Below, in pieces: positions 7,750 to 17,937 of a stretch of DNA of 30,869 nt. The stretch covers positions 1 through 30,869 of the forward strand of contig JAYNIA010000031.1 of NCBI GenBank assembly GCA_038108555.1, in the 5' to 3' direction. Each line of letters opens with the position of its first letter. Positions within the stretch are counted from its first letter, which is position 1. Both the position numbers and the translations under genes were made by a program. The notes below the pieces were generated by a model, which saw nothing but the letters and a program-made list of their open reading frames with translations, was not told the DNA's origin and made no database searches. This stretch comes from Nitrospinota bacterium (lineage in GTDB: Bacteria; Nitrospinota; Nitrospinia; Nitrospinales; VA-1).

Positions 7750-8877
7750 ATGGATAAAAAATATTTTGGACAAATAAAACTGGGATTGATTCAAAGGGGC
7801 CTGACCATCCCCAACCTTTTGCTGGGACTCCCTGAAGTGTCAAGAGGGCTTACTACGGCAGAGCCGGGGGAAGAGATCACCATTGCGTTGGCTGAAGACT
7901 TTATTGTCAAGACAACTTTGAATGCTCCGGATACCGATGGCCCAAAACTCATTTCCCACCAGGACCGGTTGCGGTTGTATATGGAAGAAGGGGAAACGGA
8001 TGTGAATATCATTCCTGTCCCTGAATTTCTAAAACAACAATTGAAGCGGCGAACTCCGGTTTCAGAAAATATTTGTCTCGATGGTTATTGTTTCAATGTT
8101 TTTCTTCGCGCTATTGGAAAGGGAAAAAAATTGAGCATGCCCATCGAAGCTATTTTGTCGGTTATCCAGGCAGCCTTTGAGGAAGGGTCGGCGGATCTCG
8201 TCCAGTTGAATATGGATTACAGCAATGATGATGACCGTGGATTCCAAAGACTGGCTCCCCTGGTAAAAGAGATTAAAAAACGTTTCAATACTTTTGTCGC
8301 ATTAAAAGGATTTCCACCCTTGGACAAAAGCAGCATCGATCATGTATATGCTTCAGGATTCGATATCGTTAATTTCCCCCTCGGAGGATTTTACGGAACC
8401 TCAAAATCCAAAAAAATAATGGGTGTGGAAAAAATTTATGAAGCATTGGAATACGCTTCGAGTGTTTTTTCTCCAGGTACGATCTGGACGGATCTGATCG
8501 TGGGTCAGGATTCGCAGGAAATGTTTAAAGAAGGTATTGACCGTTTGACCGATTCTGGAATCATCCCGCTGATTCTGTTGCAGCGGGAAAGTAAAAACGA
8601 AAATCCCAGTTACGAAAACCTGGTAGAGCTGGCGGAGAGAATGGACCAGGCCGTGCAACGAAATGGCCTTCCCCTAAAATGGTTGTACCCTGCCTGCCGA
8701 TTTTTAAGTCCCCTTGACACCCGGTTTTTTACCGAAGATCCCTTAAAGGCGAGGCTGGCGGTGACACCTGTTTACCGTTCGGGGTTGGGTAAAAGAACCT
8801 CTGCAGGGTTTGCCGCCATCAGAAGAAAACTTCGTATTCGCAATGTAAGCGACTCTTTTGAATCTGCCGGTCTTTAG
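7750..8877 (+). CDS. Radical-SAM-fold-like protein lacking the CxxxCxxC motif (probably cluster-less)
   Basis: Segments VIQAAFEEG, IDHVYASGFDIVNF, EALEYASSVF..GTIWTDLIVG and GIDRLTDSGIIP resemble a partial TIM-barrel radical SAM core, recognised from memory rather than by search. No CxxxCxxC. Start taken at ATG 7750. Confidence 0.6.
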   Translation: MDKKYFGQIKLGLIQRGLTIPNLLLGLPEVSRGLTTAEPGEEITIALAEDFIVKTTLNAPDTDGPKLISHQDRLRLYMEEGETDVNIIPVPEFLKQQLKRRTPVSENICLDGYCFNVFLRAIGKGKKLSMPIEAILSVIQAAFEEGSADLVQLNMDYSNDDDRGFQRLAPLVKEIKKRFNTFVALKGFPPLDKSSIDHVYASGFDIVNFPLGGFYGTSKSKKIMGVEKIYEALEYASSVFSPGTIWTDLIVGQDSQEMFKEGIDRLTDSGIIPLILLQRESKNENPSYENLVELAERMDQAVQRNGLPLKWLYPACRFLSPLDTRFFTEDPLKARLAVTPVYRSGLGKRTSAGFAAIRRKLRIRNVSDSFESAGL

Positions 8878-8958
8878 TCCCAAATACATTGAAATGATTG
8901 TTGCTTCCAGACGACCAAGGATGGAGTGTAATTTTCTCTGGTGCTGTGAAATGCCCTT

Positions 8959-8967
8959 TGTTAGGCT
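8959..8967 (+). promoter_or_regulatory. Putative extended -10 element (TGtTAGGCT) 6 nt before the radical SAM start codon
   Basis: TG-T-TAGGCT at 8959-8967, ATG at 8974. Confidence 0.4.
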
Positions 8968-8973
8968 GTAACT

Positions 8974-9864
8974 ATGGACGATAAAGTAAAAACTCAAACC
9001 AAATTTCCGGAAGTTCCTCTAAAAGAATTGGAAACTTTATGGCTTCAGGTGGGAGGTACGCTTTGTAATTTGGAATGCACCCATTGCTTTATAAGTTGCA
9101 GCCCAAAAAATGAAACCATTGCCATGATGACATTGGCACAGGTGAAAGATAGATTGCAGGAATCCCGAGAGCTGGGAGTTAAAGATTATTATATTACTGG
9201 TGGAGAAGTTTTTATCAATCCGGAAATTTTTGAAATTCTGGAAGCGATATTGAGTTATGGACCGTTGGATGTGCTGACCAATGGAACACAGATCACTACA
9301 GAAAAGGCAAACAGGTTAAGGGAAATTCAAAACACTTCAGACCATCCTCTTCGATTCCGTGTCAGTATGGAGCATTTTGACGAAGCCAGGAATGATGAGA
9401 TCCGTGGAAAAAATGCCTATCGAAAAGCCATCTCCGGAATAGGGTGCCTTGCGAATGTGGGGTTCACTCCCATTCTCACAGTGACCAGAACCTGGGAGGA
9501 AGAGTTGGACGCTGAAATGGAAGCAAAGTTTATAGAGTTTCTCGGGAAAAACGGTGTCCAGCAACCGCAAATAAAAATACTTCCTGGATTTTTGCTGGGT
9601 CAGTTAGCTGAAAACGAAAGAAACTATTCACAAGATGAATTTGTTACGGAAAAATGTTTCGAGAATTTTGATATCACGCAACTGCAATGCGCGTCATCCA
9701 GAATGGCTACAGGGGATGGAGTTTATGTCTGTCCGATCTTAGTGGACAACCCTGCCGCCCGAATGGGAGATGCGATTGGACAAACCCTTCGTCCTTTTCC
9801 TTTGGCGCATTCGGCCTGTTACACTTGCCGGGTGACCGGTATGACCTGCAAATCCACCCCTTAA
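8974..9864 (+). CDS. Radical SAM enzyme with C-terminal Cys-rich region
   Basis: CxxxCxxC (CNLECTHC), TGGE, LTNG. Extra Cys in EKCF, LQCASSRM, YVCPIL and SACYTC...MTC. Confidence 0.88.
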   Translation: MDDKVKTQTKFPEVPLKELETLWLQVGGTLCNLECTHCFISCSPKNETIAMMTLAQVKDRLQESRELGVKDYYITGGEVFINPEIFEILEAILSYGPLDVLTNGTQITTEKANRLREIQNTSDHPLRFRVSMEHFDEARNDEIRGKNAYRKAISGIGCLANVGFTPILTVTRTWEEELDAEMEAKFIEFLGKNGVQQPQIKILPGFLLGQLAENERNYSQDEFVTEKCFENFDITQLQCASSRMATGDGVYVCPILVDNPAARMGDAIGQTLRPFPLAHSACYTCRVTGMTCKSTP

Positions 9865-9879
9865 AATTAAAGGTAACGT

Positions 9880-10434
9880 ATGCCGCTACTACATTCCATG
9901 ATGGTTCCTTTGGGTACCCCTGCGATTGATTTTAATTTGCCGGGGATTGATGGTGAAGAGTATTCCCTCTCCAGTTTTTCTGAAGACTCGGTACTGGTAA
10001 TCATTTTTATGTGTAATCATTGCCCTTATGTCAAGGCAGTGATTCAAAGATTGATCGATCTTCAGAATGAAGTTTCGGGTCAGGGAGTTCGGCTAGTAGG
10101 CATCAATTGCAATGACGCAGAAAAATATCCCGATGACTCTTTTGAAAATATGAAAAGTGAGGCCGAGAAATGGGGGCTGAATTTCCCCTATCTGTTTGAC
10201 GAGTCGCAGGAGATAGCGAGAAGGTACGATGCGGTCTGCACCCCTGATATTTATGTGTATGGAAAGGAAAGGAAACTGCTCTATCGGGGAAGGATTGATG
10301 ATAACTGGGAAAAACCCGAGCAGGTAACTCAAAGAGATTTGAAAGAAGCCATTGACTGTATTGTTACAGCTAAAAAAGTTCCGGAGGAACAAATTCCTTC
10401 AATGGGATGCTCCATAAAATGGAAAGTGTCATAA
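9880..10434 (+). CDS. Thioredoxin-like protein (AhpC/TSA, peroxiredoxin-like)
   Basis: FMCNHCPYV CxxC, YPDDSFENM, FPYLFDESQ, AVCTPD, YRGRIDD and SMGCSIKW. Confidence 0.88.
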   Translation: MPLLHSMMVPLGTPAIDFNLPGIDGEEYSLSSFSEDSVLVIIFMCNHCPYVKAVIQRLIDLQNEVSGQGVRLVGINCNDAEKYPDDSFENMKSEAEKWGLNFPYLFDESQEIARRYDAVCTPDIYVYGKERKLLYRGRIDDNWEKPEQVTQRDLKEAIDCIVTAKKVPEEQIPSMGCSIKWKVS

Positions 10435-10437
10435 CCC

Positions 10438-13179
10438 ATGGAATCGTTTAAAAAATGGTTGTTCATAATTGCAGCGATTATTTTTGTTGGCTCAATGTTT
10501 GCCGACAAAATCTTCTTCTTTTATATTGATTGGTTGTGGTTTGAAAACCACGGCATAGCCTCGGTGCTCTGGACCGTTTTGATTTCGCAGTTTGGCCTGG
10601 GGTTTTTGGTGGGGGTTCTATTTTTTATTGTCACCTATGGTTTCCTGAGTCAGATTTACCGGAAAACTTCTCATCTCCCTATTCTCTTGTCAGATCAAGT
10701 CCGGCGCGAAATTCCTTTGCTGGACCTGTTGGCTGGAAACCTAAAACTGTTGATTGTTGTCGCACCACTGGTGCTTGCATTTATGACGGGCCTGGTTATG
10801 GCTCAGCAATGGGAAGTGGTTCTTCAATTTCTCAATGCCTCACCCTTTAATCAACAAGACCCCATATTTGGTAAAGACGTAGGCTTCTATATATTTTCCC
10901 TCCCGTTTTGGTTAATGGTTAAAACCTTAATCTGGGAAACCATGATCGTGATTTCTATCGGGGTGGGATTCATTTTCTTTTTCAAACGCTTTGTTTATGT
11001 CGGACCCACGGGTGTTGTTCTTTTACCGGAAGCCAGAAGGACCCTTTCAGGGTTGGCCGGTTGTTTTTTTCTTCTCTTTGCCAGTGAGTTTTACCTTAAA
11101 CGGTATGAGTTGTTGACCCAGGGAAACGAATTGATTTCTGGAATCGGGTTTGCGGATCATTATGGATCAATTCCAATTCTTTATATCCTGATATTTGTGT
11201 CTCTGGTGGGAGCAGCATTTTCCTTTTTCGGACTTGTCCGGCCGGGAATGAAAAAAATTGTGCTTTCAGGAGTTGCTTTGGCTCTGGTTTATTTCGTAGG
11301 AAATGCTTACCCGAAAATATTGCAAAAATTTGTAGTAGCTCCCAATGAATTGATAAAAGAAGAGCCCTATATAATAAGCACTATTGAAGGAACTTTGAGG
11401 GCTTATGGATTAAATAATGCTGAGACTCACGGACTGTCAGGTTCTGAATCGTTAACTGCTGAAAGCATTCTTAATAATCATCCAACCATTGAAAATATCC
11501 GCTTGTGGGATCAGGAACCGCTTTTAGACACTCTTGGACAGATTCAGGAGATTCGAACTTATTACCAGTTCGAGTCTGTCGACAATGACCGTTATCATAT
11601 TAATGGAAAGTACCGCCAGACATTATTGTCCCCGAGGGAATTAAAGTCTTCGAACCTGCCAAACCGAACCTGGATCAATGAACACCTGACTTTCACGCAT
11701 GGTTATGGGGTTTCTTTAAGCCCGGTAAACCAGGTGAGTCCCGAAGGATTGCCGGTTCTATTTATTAAGGATATCCCTCCCCAATCCAATGTGGATTTGA
11801 AAGTAAAGCAACCGGAAATTTATTTTGGCGAACTGGCCAACGATCATGTTTTTGTAAACACCGGGACCAAAGAGTTTGATTATCCCGAAGGTGAAAAAAA
11901 TGTTTATAAAAACTATGAGGGGGAAGGTGGATTCGCGGTGGGTTCTTTTTTGAAAAAGATAATTCTGGCGGCACGTTTCAAGACATTAAAAATTCTTTTT
12001 TCGGATGATATAGAAAACGAAAGTCGGGTTCTGATGTACCGAAATATTAAGGAGCGTGTCGAGAAAGTGGCCCCTTTTCTCAGATTAGACAAAGATCCTT
12101 ATCTTGTAATATCCGAAGGGCGATTGGTCTGGCTTTATGATGCCTATACGGTGAGCAATCGTTTTCCATACTCGCAGCAAATTCCCACGATTGGAAACTA
12201 CATACGAAACTCGGTCAAAATTTCTATCGATGCCTATGAAGGATCGATGAATTTTTATATCTCGGATCTCTCTGACCCCATTATTAAAACGTATCAAAAT
12301 ATTTTTCCGGACCTGTTCCGGGATTTATCTGAGATGCCTGAAGATTTGCGAAGCCATATTCGATATCCCTCGGACCTGTTTGCTATCCAGACTTTTGTTT
12401 ATGCGACCTACCACATGAAGCGTCCCCAGGTTTTTTATAATAAAGAGGACCAGTGGGAAATTCCTAAAATAGATGATCGTATCATGCAACCTTATTACAC
12501 GATCATGAAGCTTCCTGGAAAGGCAAAGGAAGAATACATTCTTATGGTTCCCTACACTCCACGGGGAAAAAGCAATCTGTCCGCGTGGATGGTAGCGCGT
12601 AGCGACGGGGAAAATTATGGCAAGCTTGATGTGTATATGTTCCCGAAGCAAAAACTGGTTTATGGTCCCAGTCAAATTGTGGCGCGCATCAATCAGGATG
12701 CTGAAATATCACGGCAGATTTCCTTGTGGGATCAGCGGGGCTCGAGTGTAATTCAGGGCACATTGCTTGTGATACCCATTGAAGAGTCTTTAATTTATGT
12801 GAGGCCTTTATATTTAAAGGCGGATGCGGGTAAGATTCCTGAGTTGAAAAGGGTTATTGTCGGATATGAAGACTATATCGCCATGGAGAGAACTTTGGAT
12901 GAGGCCTTGAAGAAAATTTTTCCGGGTCTTTCCGGTACTTCCCCGGGTATGCCAACCGAATTGCCGAGCGAGGGTTCAGAACCTACTGATGAAAAAGAAG
13001 AGGGCAATCTTGTCTTAAGTAAATCCGATTATGACAAGATTCAAAAATTTTATAAAAAGGTTTTAGAGTCGCAGGGAAGACTCGACCGATCTTTAGAAAA
13101 CTATAAAAAAGAAATTAAAGCGTTGGGGGATGTGTTAAAGGAGACCCCTGTTACCCTGCAACCTGAAAAACCTGAATAG
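10438..13179 (+). CDS. UPF0182 family membrane protein
   Basis: About 7 N-terminal TM helices, DWLWF, DPIFGKDVGFYIFSLP, NIRLWD, WINEHLTFTHGYG, PEIYFGE, YIRNSVK and IPELKRVIV. Confidence 0.9.
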   Translation: MESFKKWLFIIAAIIFVGSMFADKIFFFYIDWLWFENHGIASVLWTVLISQFGLGFLVGVLFFIVTYGFLSQIYRKTSHLPILLSDQVRREIPLLDLLAGNLKLLIVVAPLVLAFMTGLVMAQQWEVVLQFLNASPFNQQDPIFGKDVGFYIFSLPFWLMVKTLIWETMIVISIGVGFIFFFKRFVYVGPTGVVLLPEARRTLSGLAGCFFLLFASEFYLKRYELLTQGNELISGIGFADHYGSIPILYILIFVSLVGAAFSFFGLVRPGMKKIVLSGVALALVYFVGNAYPKILQKFVVAPNELIKEEPYIISTIEGTLRAYGLNNAETHGLSGSESLTAESILNNHPTIENIRLWDQEPLLDTLGQIQEIRTYYQFESVDNDRYHINGKYRQTLLSPRELKSSNLPNRTWINEHLTFTHGYGVSLSPVNQVSPEGLPVLFIKDIPPQSNVDLKVKQPEIYFGELANDHVFVNTGTKEFDYPEGEKNVYKNYEGEGGFAVGSFLKKIILAARFKTLKILFSDDIENESRVLMYRNIKERVEKVAPFLRLDKDPYLVISEGRLVWLYDAYTVSNRFPYSQQIPTIGNYIRNSVKISIDAYEGSMNFYISDLSDPIIKTYQNIFPDLFRDLSEMPEDLRSHIRYPSDLFAIQTFVYATYHMKRPQVFYNKEDQWEIPKIDDRIMQPYYTIMKLPGKAKEEYILMVPYTPRGKSNLSAWMVARSDGENYGKLDVYMFPKQKLVYGPSQIVARINQDAEISRQISLWDQRGSSVIQGTLLVIPIEESLIYVRPLYLKADAGKIPELKRVIVGYEDYIAMERTLDEALKKIFPGLSGTSPGMPTELPSEGSEPTDEKEEGNLVLSKSDYDKIQKFYKKVLESQGRLDRSLENYKKEIKALGDVLKETPVTLQPEKPE

Positions 13180-13181
13180 AG

Positions 13182-14585
13182 TTATTGTGAGAACAGGTCC
13201 AGTTGTTGCGTTTCCGCAATTTGGTCGGTGATGGGGACGGGGTAGTTCCCATCGAAACAGGCAGAACAAAACTTGCTTTCCCCGTTTTGTAAAACTTCCA
13301 GCATTTTTCCAATGCTCAGATATTGAAGCGAATCTGCGCCCAAGTACTTCCTTGTTTCTTCCAGGGAGTGGGTGTGGGCGATCAATTCCTCTTTGGTAGG
13401 AGTGTCAATACCATAAAAACAGGAATAAAGGATAGGCGGAGCAGATATTCTGAGATGCACTTCCTTGGCTCCTGCCTCCAGAAGCATTTTTACAATTTTT
13501 CGGCTGGTGGTTCCGCGGACAATGGAATCATCGATGATAGCCAGTCGTTTTCCTGAGATAAGTTTTTTTACCGCATTTAGTTTGAGCTTCACCCCGAAGT
13601 TTCGAATTTGCGATTGAGGTTCAATAAAAGTCCGGCCCACATAGTGGTTGCGGATGAGTCCCATTTCAAAAGGAATACCGCTTTCTTCTGAAAACCCCAT
13701 CGCCGAGACCACTCCCGAATCTGGAACAGGAACGATCAGGTCGACGTCTGCCGGGCTTTCTTGTGCCATAGCGCGTCCCATCGCTTTTCGAGCTGCATAA
13801 ACATGTTCGCCAAATAAAAAACTGTCGGGTCGCGCAAAATAGATATGTTCGAAAACACAGTGCTTGGTTTCCACTTTTTTGAATGGAAAAAAGGATTGGA
13901 GTCCGTTTTCATTAATAAGTACGAGTTCTCCCGGTTCCACCTCGCGGATGAATTCCGCTTCAATCAAATCCATCACACAGGTTTCCGAGGCGATAATGTA
14001 GGCATCATCCAGTTTTCCTATGCATAGCGGTCTGAATCCGTGGGGGTCACGGGCAGCAAGCAATTCGGTTTCCGTCATAAGCACCAGCGAATATGCACCG
14101 CTTACCTGGCGCAAGGCTTCTGCCGCCCGATCAACAAAGTTTTCGCTTTTTGCCTGCGCCATCAAATGAACAATAACTTCACTGTCGTTGGTTGACTGGA
14201 AGATGGCACCTTTGCTTCCCAATTCTTTTCGAATGGCTTCTGCGTTAACCAGATTTCCATTGTGCGCCAGGGCAAGCCGACCTGCTGCATAATTGATCAT
14301 GCACGGTTGTGCATTTACAAGCTCACTCTTTCCTGCGGTCGAATAACGATTATGACCAATGGCAAGGGGACCCGGAAGTTTGAGCAGTCGTCCCGGGTCA
14401 AAAATGTCAGCGACCAAACCCATCCCCAATTCCAGGTGCATGCTGGAATGGGTGCTCGCAACAATTCCAGCACTTTCCTGCCCACGGTGTTGTAGAGCGT
14501 AAAGGCCCAGATACACCAGGTTGGCCGCTTCAGGATGGCCGTAGACCCCAACTACTCCACATTCTTCATGCAGTTTGTCCAGCAT
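13182..14585 (-). CDS. purF: Amidophosphoribosyltransferase (propeptide and Fe-S type)
   Basis: HEECGVVG (Ntn Cys after a short propeptide), [25 protein letters not shown] loop [18 protein letters not shown] and FCSACF. Confidence 0.97.
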   Translation of the reverse strand: MLDKLHEECGVVGVYGHPEAANLVYLGLYALQHRGQESAGIVASTHSSMHLELGMGLVADIFDPGRLLKLPGPLAIGHNRYSTAGKSELVNAQPCMINYAAGRLALAHNGNLVNAEAIRKELGSKGAIFQSTNDSEVIVHLMAQAKSENFVDRAAEALRQVSGAYSLVLMTETELLAARDPHGFRPLCIGKLDDAYIIASETCVMDLIEAEFIREVEPGELVLINENGLQSFFPFKKVETKHCVFEHIYFARPDSFLFGEHVYAARKAMGRAMAQESPADVDLIVPVPDSGVVSAMGFSEESGIPFEMGLIRNHYVGRTFIEPQSQIRNFGVKLKLNAVKKLISGKRLAIIDDSIVRGTTSRKIVKMLLEAGAKEVHLRISAPPILYSCFYGIDTPTKEELIAHTHSLEETRKYLGADSLQYLSIGKMLEVLQNGESKFCSACFDGNYPVPITDQIAETQQLDLFSQ

Positions 14586-16806
14586 AGCGCCCTATAGAAG
14601 ATTTCCAGATATCTTTCAACGATTCAACTTCCTGATTAATATATTCCTTGCCATTCAGGTTGACGGTGAAATGGTCTCCTCCCGTTTTCCCAATCAATAA
14701 AAAATCTACTGGATAGGATAAAGCCAGGTCTTCAATTTGGTCCGTTAACTCTTCGGGAAAAGAAATTACGATTCGAGATTGAGATTCGCCGAATAAAAGC
14801 GCGTCTCCCCTTAGTGTCGATTCAAGCTCCAGTGTTGCCCCTATTGTTTCTCCTTCAGGAGCCGCAAAACAGGATTCTGTAACGGCGATGGCCAGTCCAC
14901 CCTCTGAGCAATCATGTGCCGATTGAATGAGTCCTTTTTGTATCAGTTCCCGACAAAACTCCTGGACTTGTTTTTCGTGTTTTCGATCCAGAACCGGAGG
15001 TTTGCCTTCCGTTTTATCGAATAGCACATTTAAATATTCGCTTCCCCCCAACTCCTCCATGGTGAAGCCAATCATCCCAATACAATGACCGGATTTTTTA
15101 AATCCCTGAGTCATGACTTTGGTCTGATCTTCAATCAGACCGACCACCGCAACGGTGGGTGTTGGATAAATAGCTTCCCCTTTGGTTTCATTATAGAGGC
15201 TGACGTTTCCACTGACTACTGGAATGTCAAAATAAAGACAGGCATCTCCCATTCCCTGCACTGCTTGCTCAAATTGCCACATGATTTCCGGTCTTTCTGG
15301 ATTCCCGAAATTAAGGCAATTTGTTAGGCCGATAGGAGTAGCACCGGAACAGGTTACATTGCGGCAACCCTCGGCAACTGCAATGGCGGCACCTTCGTAG
15401 GGGTCCAGATAACAGAATCGGCTATTGCAGTCGACGGAAATGGCTACGGCTTTTTGAGTGTCCTTGATGCGTATAACTGCTGCATCGGAGCCGGGTAACA
15501 CCAGCGTGTTCAAACGCACCATATGATCATATTGTTCGTAGACCCATTCCTTGCTGGAGATGTTTGGGCTGGCAAGCAATTTCAAAAGGGCTTTGTCGCC
15601 TCGAGCGGGTTCCGGTAACTCGGGTAAATTTATCTGATGAACTTTGTCGAGATATTCCGGTCGTTGGATTTCCCGTTTCAGGTCCAAAGCACCATCCACA
15701 ACGGAGAAGGTAGGCAAATTGACCACTTCCTTGCCTCCAAATTGGATGCGGACTCCGGGTTCATCGATCACTTCCCCAATGATGGCGGCATCGAGTCCCC
15801 ATTTTTCCAGAATGCCAACGGCTTCTTCTTCGTGACCCGGTTTAATTACAAACAACATTCTTTCCTGGGACTCGGAAAGTAGAATTTCATAGGGAGTCAT
15901 TCCCTCTTCACGCAATGGAACTTTGGACAGGTCCATATTTACACCAGCTTCGGATCGATGCGCCATCTCAAAAGAGGAGGAGGTGAGCCCGGCAGCTCCC
16001 ATATCCTGCACACCCACGACCCAGTCGAATTCCATTAACTCCAGACAAGCTTCGATCAATAATTTTTCCGTGAAGGGATCACCCACCTGTACTGTGGGCC
16101 TTTTTTCTTCGGTGGTATCATCGAACTCAGAAGAGGCCAGAAGGCTTGCGCCATGAATTCCATCACGCCCGGTTTTAGACCCAACATACAAAATACGGTT
16201 TCCCACACCTCCTGCTTTTGCGAGAAAGATTCCATCGGACTTTGCCAGTCCCAGACAAAAAGCATTGACAAGAATATTTCCGTTGTAACAGGGGTCAAAA
16301 TAAACTTCCCCGCCTACGGTTGGAACCCCGGTGCAATTTCCATAACTGGAAATACCTTCGACCACGCCATTTAGTAAAAATCGCGTGCGCGGATCGTCCA
16401 GTTCTCCAAAACGCAGGGAATCCATCAGTGCAATCGGTCGAGCCCCCATCGTAAAAACATCACGCATGATTCCACCGACACCGGTTGCCGCTCCCTGATG
16501 CGGTTCAATGAAAGAGGGGTGGTTATGACTCTCAATCTTGAATACCACCGCAAACCCATCGCCGATATCAATGACGCCGGCATTTTCCCCCGGGCCCTGC
16601 AAAACATTTGGACCTTCTGTAGGTAATTTTTTTAAAAAAGGTCGAGAGCTTTTGTAACTGCAATGTTCGCTCCACATCACAGAAAAAATCCCAAGTTCGG
16701 TAAAGTTGGGTGCCCTTCCCAGTAAATCCAGGATGCGGCGATATTCGTCACCGGTTAATCCGTGGTCTTTTACAAGCTGTGTGGTAATTTCAGGTTCGTT
16801 TTGCAT
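14566..16806 (-). CDS. purL: Phosphoribosylformylglycinamidine synthase subunit PurL (small type)
   Basis: [51 protein letters not shown] and AHDCSEGG. Confidence 0.97.
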   Translation of the reverse strand: MQNEPEITTQLVKDHGLTGDEYRRILDLLGRAPNFTELGIFSVMWSEHCSYKSSRPFLKKLPTEGPNVLQGPGENAGVIDIGDGFAVVFKIESHNHPSFIEPHQGAATGVGGIMRDVFTMGARPIALMDSLRFGELDDPRTRFLLNGVVEGISSYGNCTGVPTVGGEVYFDPCYNGNILVNAFCLGLAKSDGIFLAKAGGVGNRILYVGSKTGRDGIHGASLLASSEFDDTTEEKRPTVQVGDPFTEKLLIEACLELMEFDWVVGVQDMGAAGLTSSSFEMAHRSEAGVNMDLSKVPLREEGMTPYEILLSESQERMLFVIKPGHEEEAVGILEKWGLDAAIIGEVIDEPGVRIQFGGKEVVNLPTFSVVDGALDLKREIQRPEYLDKVHQINLPELPEPARGDKALLKLLASPNISSKEWVYEQYDHMVRLNTLVLPGSDAAVIRIKDTQKAVAISVDCNSRFCYLDPYEGAAIAVAEGCRNVTCSGATPIGLTNCLNFGNPERPEIMWQFEQAVQGMGDACLYFDIPVVSGNVSLYNETKGEAIYPTPTVAVVGLIEDQTKVMTQGFKKSGHCIGMIGFTMEELGGSEYLNVLFDKTEGKPPVLDRKHEKQVQEFCRELIQKGLIQSAHDCSEGGLAIAVTESCFAAPEGETIGATLELESTLRGDALLFGESQSRIVISFPEELTDQIEDLALSYPVDFLLIGKTGGDHFTVNLNGKEYINQEVESLKDIWKSSIGRYAGQTA

Positions 16807-16812
16807 TCAGAT

Positions 16813-17502
16813 TCAGCTTTGCGAGATAAGGGAATGAAAAATACTTTGTCCATCTATATTGGGCCATAAAGGATCAGCGCAGCGTTCGGGGTGAGGCATC
16901 ATTCCCATGACATTTTTTTGTTCATTACAAATGCCTGCAACCGAACCCACCGAGCCGTTGGGATTACTGGATTCGGTGATATCCCCTTTTACATCACAAT
17001 ATCGAAAAAGAATTTGCCCTCTTTCTTCCATATCAGTTAAAGAATGCGGGTCAATATAATAACTGCCCTGATGATGTGCGATGGGGATTTGCAAAACCGA
17101 ATTCTCACCACATTTACTGGTGAAAGGGGTTGTCGTGTTTTCCACCCGGACGTGCACATTTTTACAAATAAATTTCCGGGTATGATTTTGCATCAAGGCT
17201 CCGGGTAAAAGCCCGGACTCGACAAGTATTTGGAAACCATTACAAATCCCCAAAACCTTTCCCCCTTTTTTGGCAAAGGGGATCACCGAGTTCATGATGG
17301 GAGAAAAACAGGAAATCGCCCCGGCACGCAGGTAGTCCCCATAGGAAAATCCGCCAGGAAGTACCACTAAATCAAAGGAATCAAGATCGGTGGGGTTTTT
17401 ATGCCACAACCAATGGGTTTCCTGATTCAGGATGTTTTTGAGGATGTGGTAACAATCGTGATCGCAATTGGATCCGGGAAAAACAACAATTCCACACTTC
17501 AT
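16813..17502 (-). CDS. purQ: FGAM synthase glutaminase subunit PurQ
   Basis: VFPGSNCD, PGGFSYGDYLRAG, GICNGFQIL, PNGS and MMPHPER. Confidence 0.97.
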   Translation of the reverse strand: MKCGIVVFPGSNCDHDCYHILKNILNQETHWLWHKNPTDLDSFDLVVLPGGFSYGDYLRAGAISCFSPIMNSVIPFAKKGGKVLGICNGFQILVESGLLPGALMQNHTRKFICKNVHVRVENTTTPFTSKCGENSVLQIPIAHHQGSYYIDPHSLTDMEERGQILFRYCDVKGDITESSNPNGSVGSVAGICNEQKNVMGMMPHPERCADPLWPNIDGQSIFHSLISQS

Positions 17503-17526
17503 TTTTGGCCGATCAATTAGTGGGTT

Positions 17527-17775
17527 TTATTCAGTGGAGACCAGTTTGAAACGGAAAGATTCGATTACCGTATTTGCAAGGAGCCGCTCACACATTTCCC
17601 GCACTCGAATTTCCGCCTCTTCTTCAGAAACAGAGTCGAGTTTTACTTCCAGGTACTTTCCGATATGTACATCAAGCACTTCATCGTACCCCAGGTCGTT
17701 CAGTGCATGATGGACGGTTTTCCCCTGTGGATCGAGCACCCCTTCCTTAAATGTTACATGTATTTGGGCAAGCAT
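17527..17775 (-). CDS. purS: FGAM synthase subunit PurS
   Basis: VLDPQGK and MCERLLANTVIE motifs, 82 aa, directly upstream of purQ. Confidence 0.96.
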   Translation of the reverse strand: MLAQIHVTFKEGVLDPQGKTVHHALNDLGYDEVLDVHIGKYLEVKLDSVSEEEAEIRVREMCERLLANTVIESFRFKLVSTE

Positions 17776-17782
17776 TTTGCGA

Positions 17783-17791
17783 ACTTTAACA
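17783..17791 (-). promoter_or_regulatory. Putative extended -10 (TGtTAAAGT) of the purSQLF operon, leaderless-type
   Basis: Minus strand TG-T-TAAAGT, then 7 nt (TCGCAAA), then ATG 17775. No SD. Confidence 0.5.
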
Positions 17792-17892
17792 CAGAAAAAT
17801 TTTCAATTCAGCAGGCTTTGTATCAGGAATTTATAAAAACACAAGGGCCATTTTTTGACCGACCTGAAAATTTATGATAAACAATGAGTTAG

Positions 17893-17910
17893 AAAACCCG
17901 GACGGGTTTT
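17893..17910. promoter_or_regulatory. Perfect inverted repeat AAAACCCG-GA-CGGGTTTT in the divergent purS intergenic region
   Basis: 8-bp arms with a 2-nt spacer, seen directly. Function unknown (operator or hairpin). Confidence 0.4.
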
Positions 17911-17937
17911 TCTTGCCGATATTCTTTTTCTAGAATT

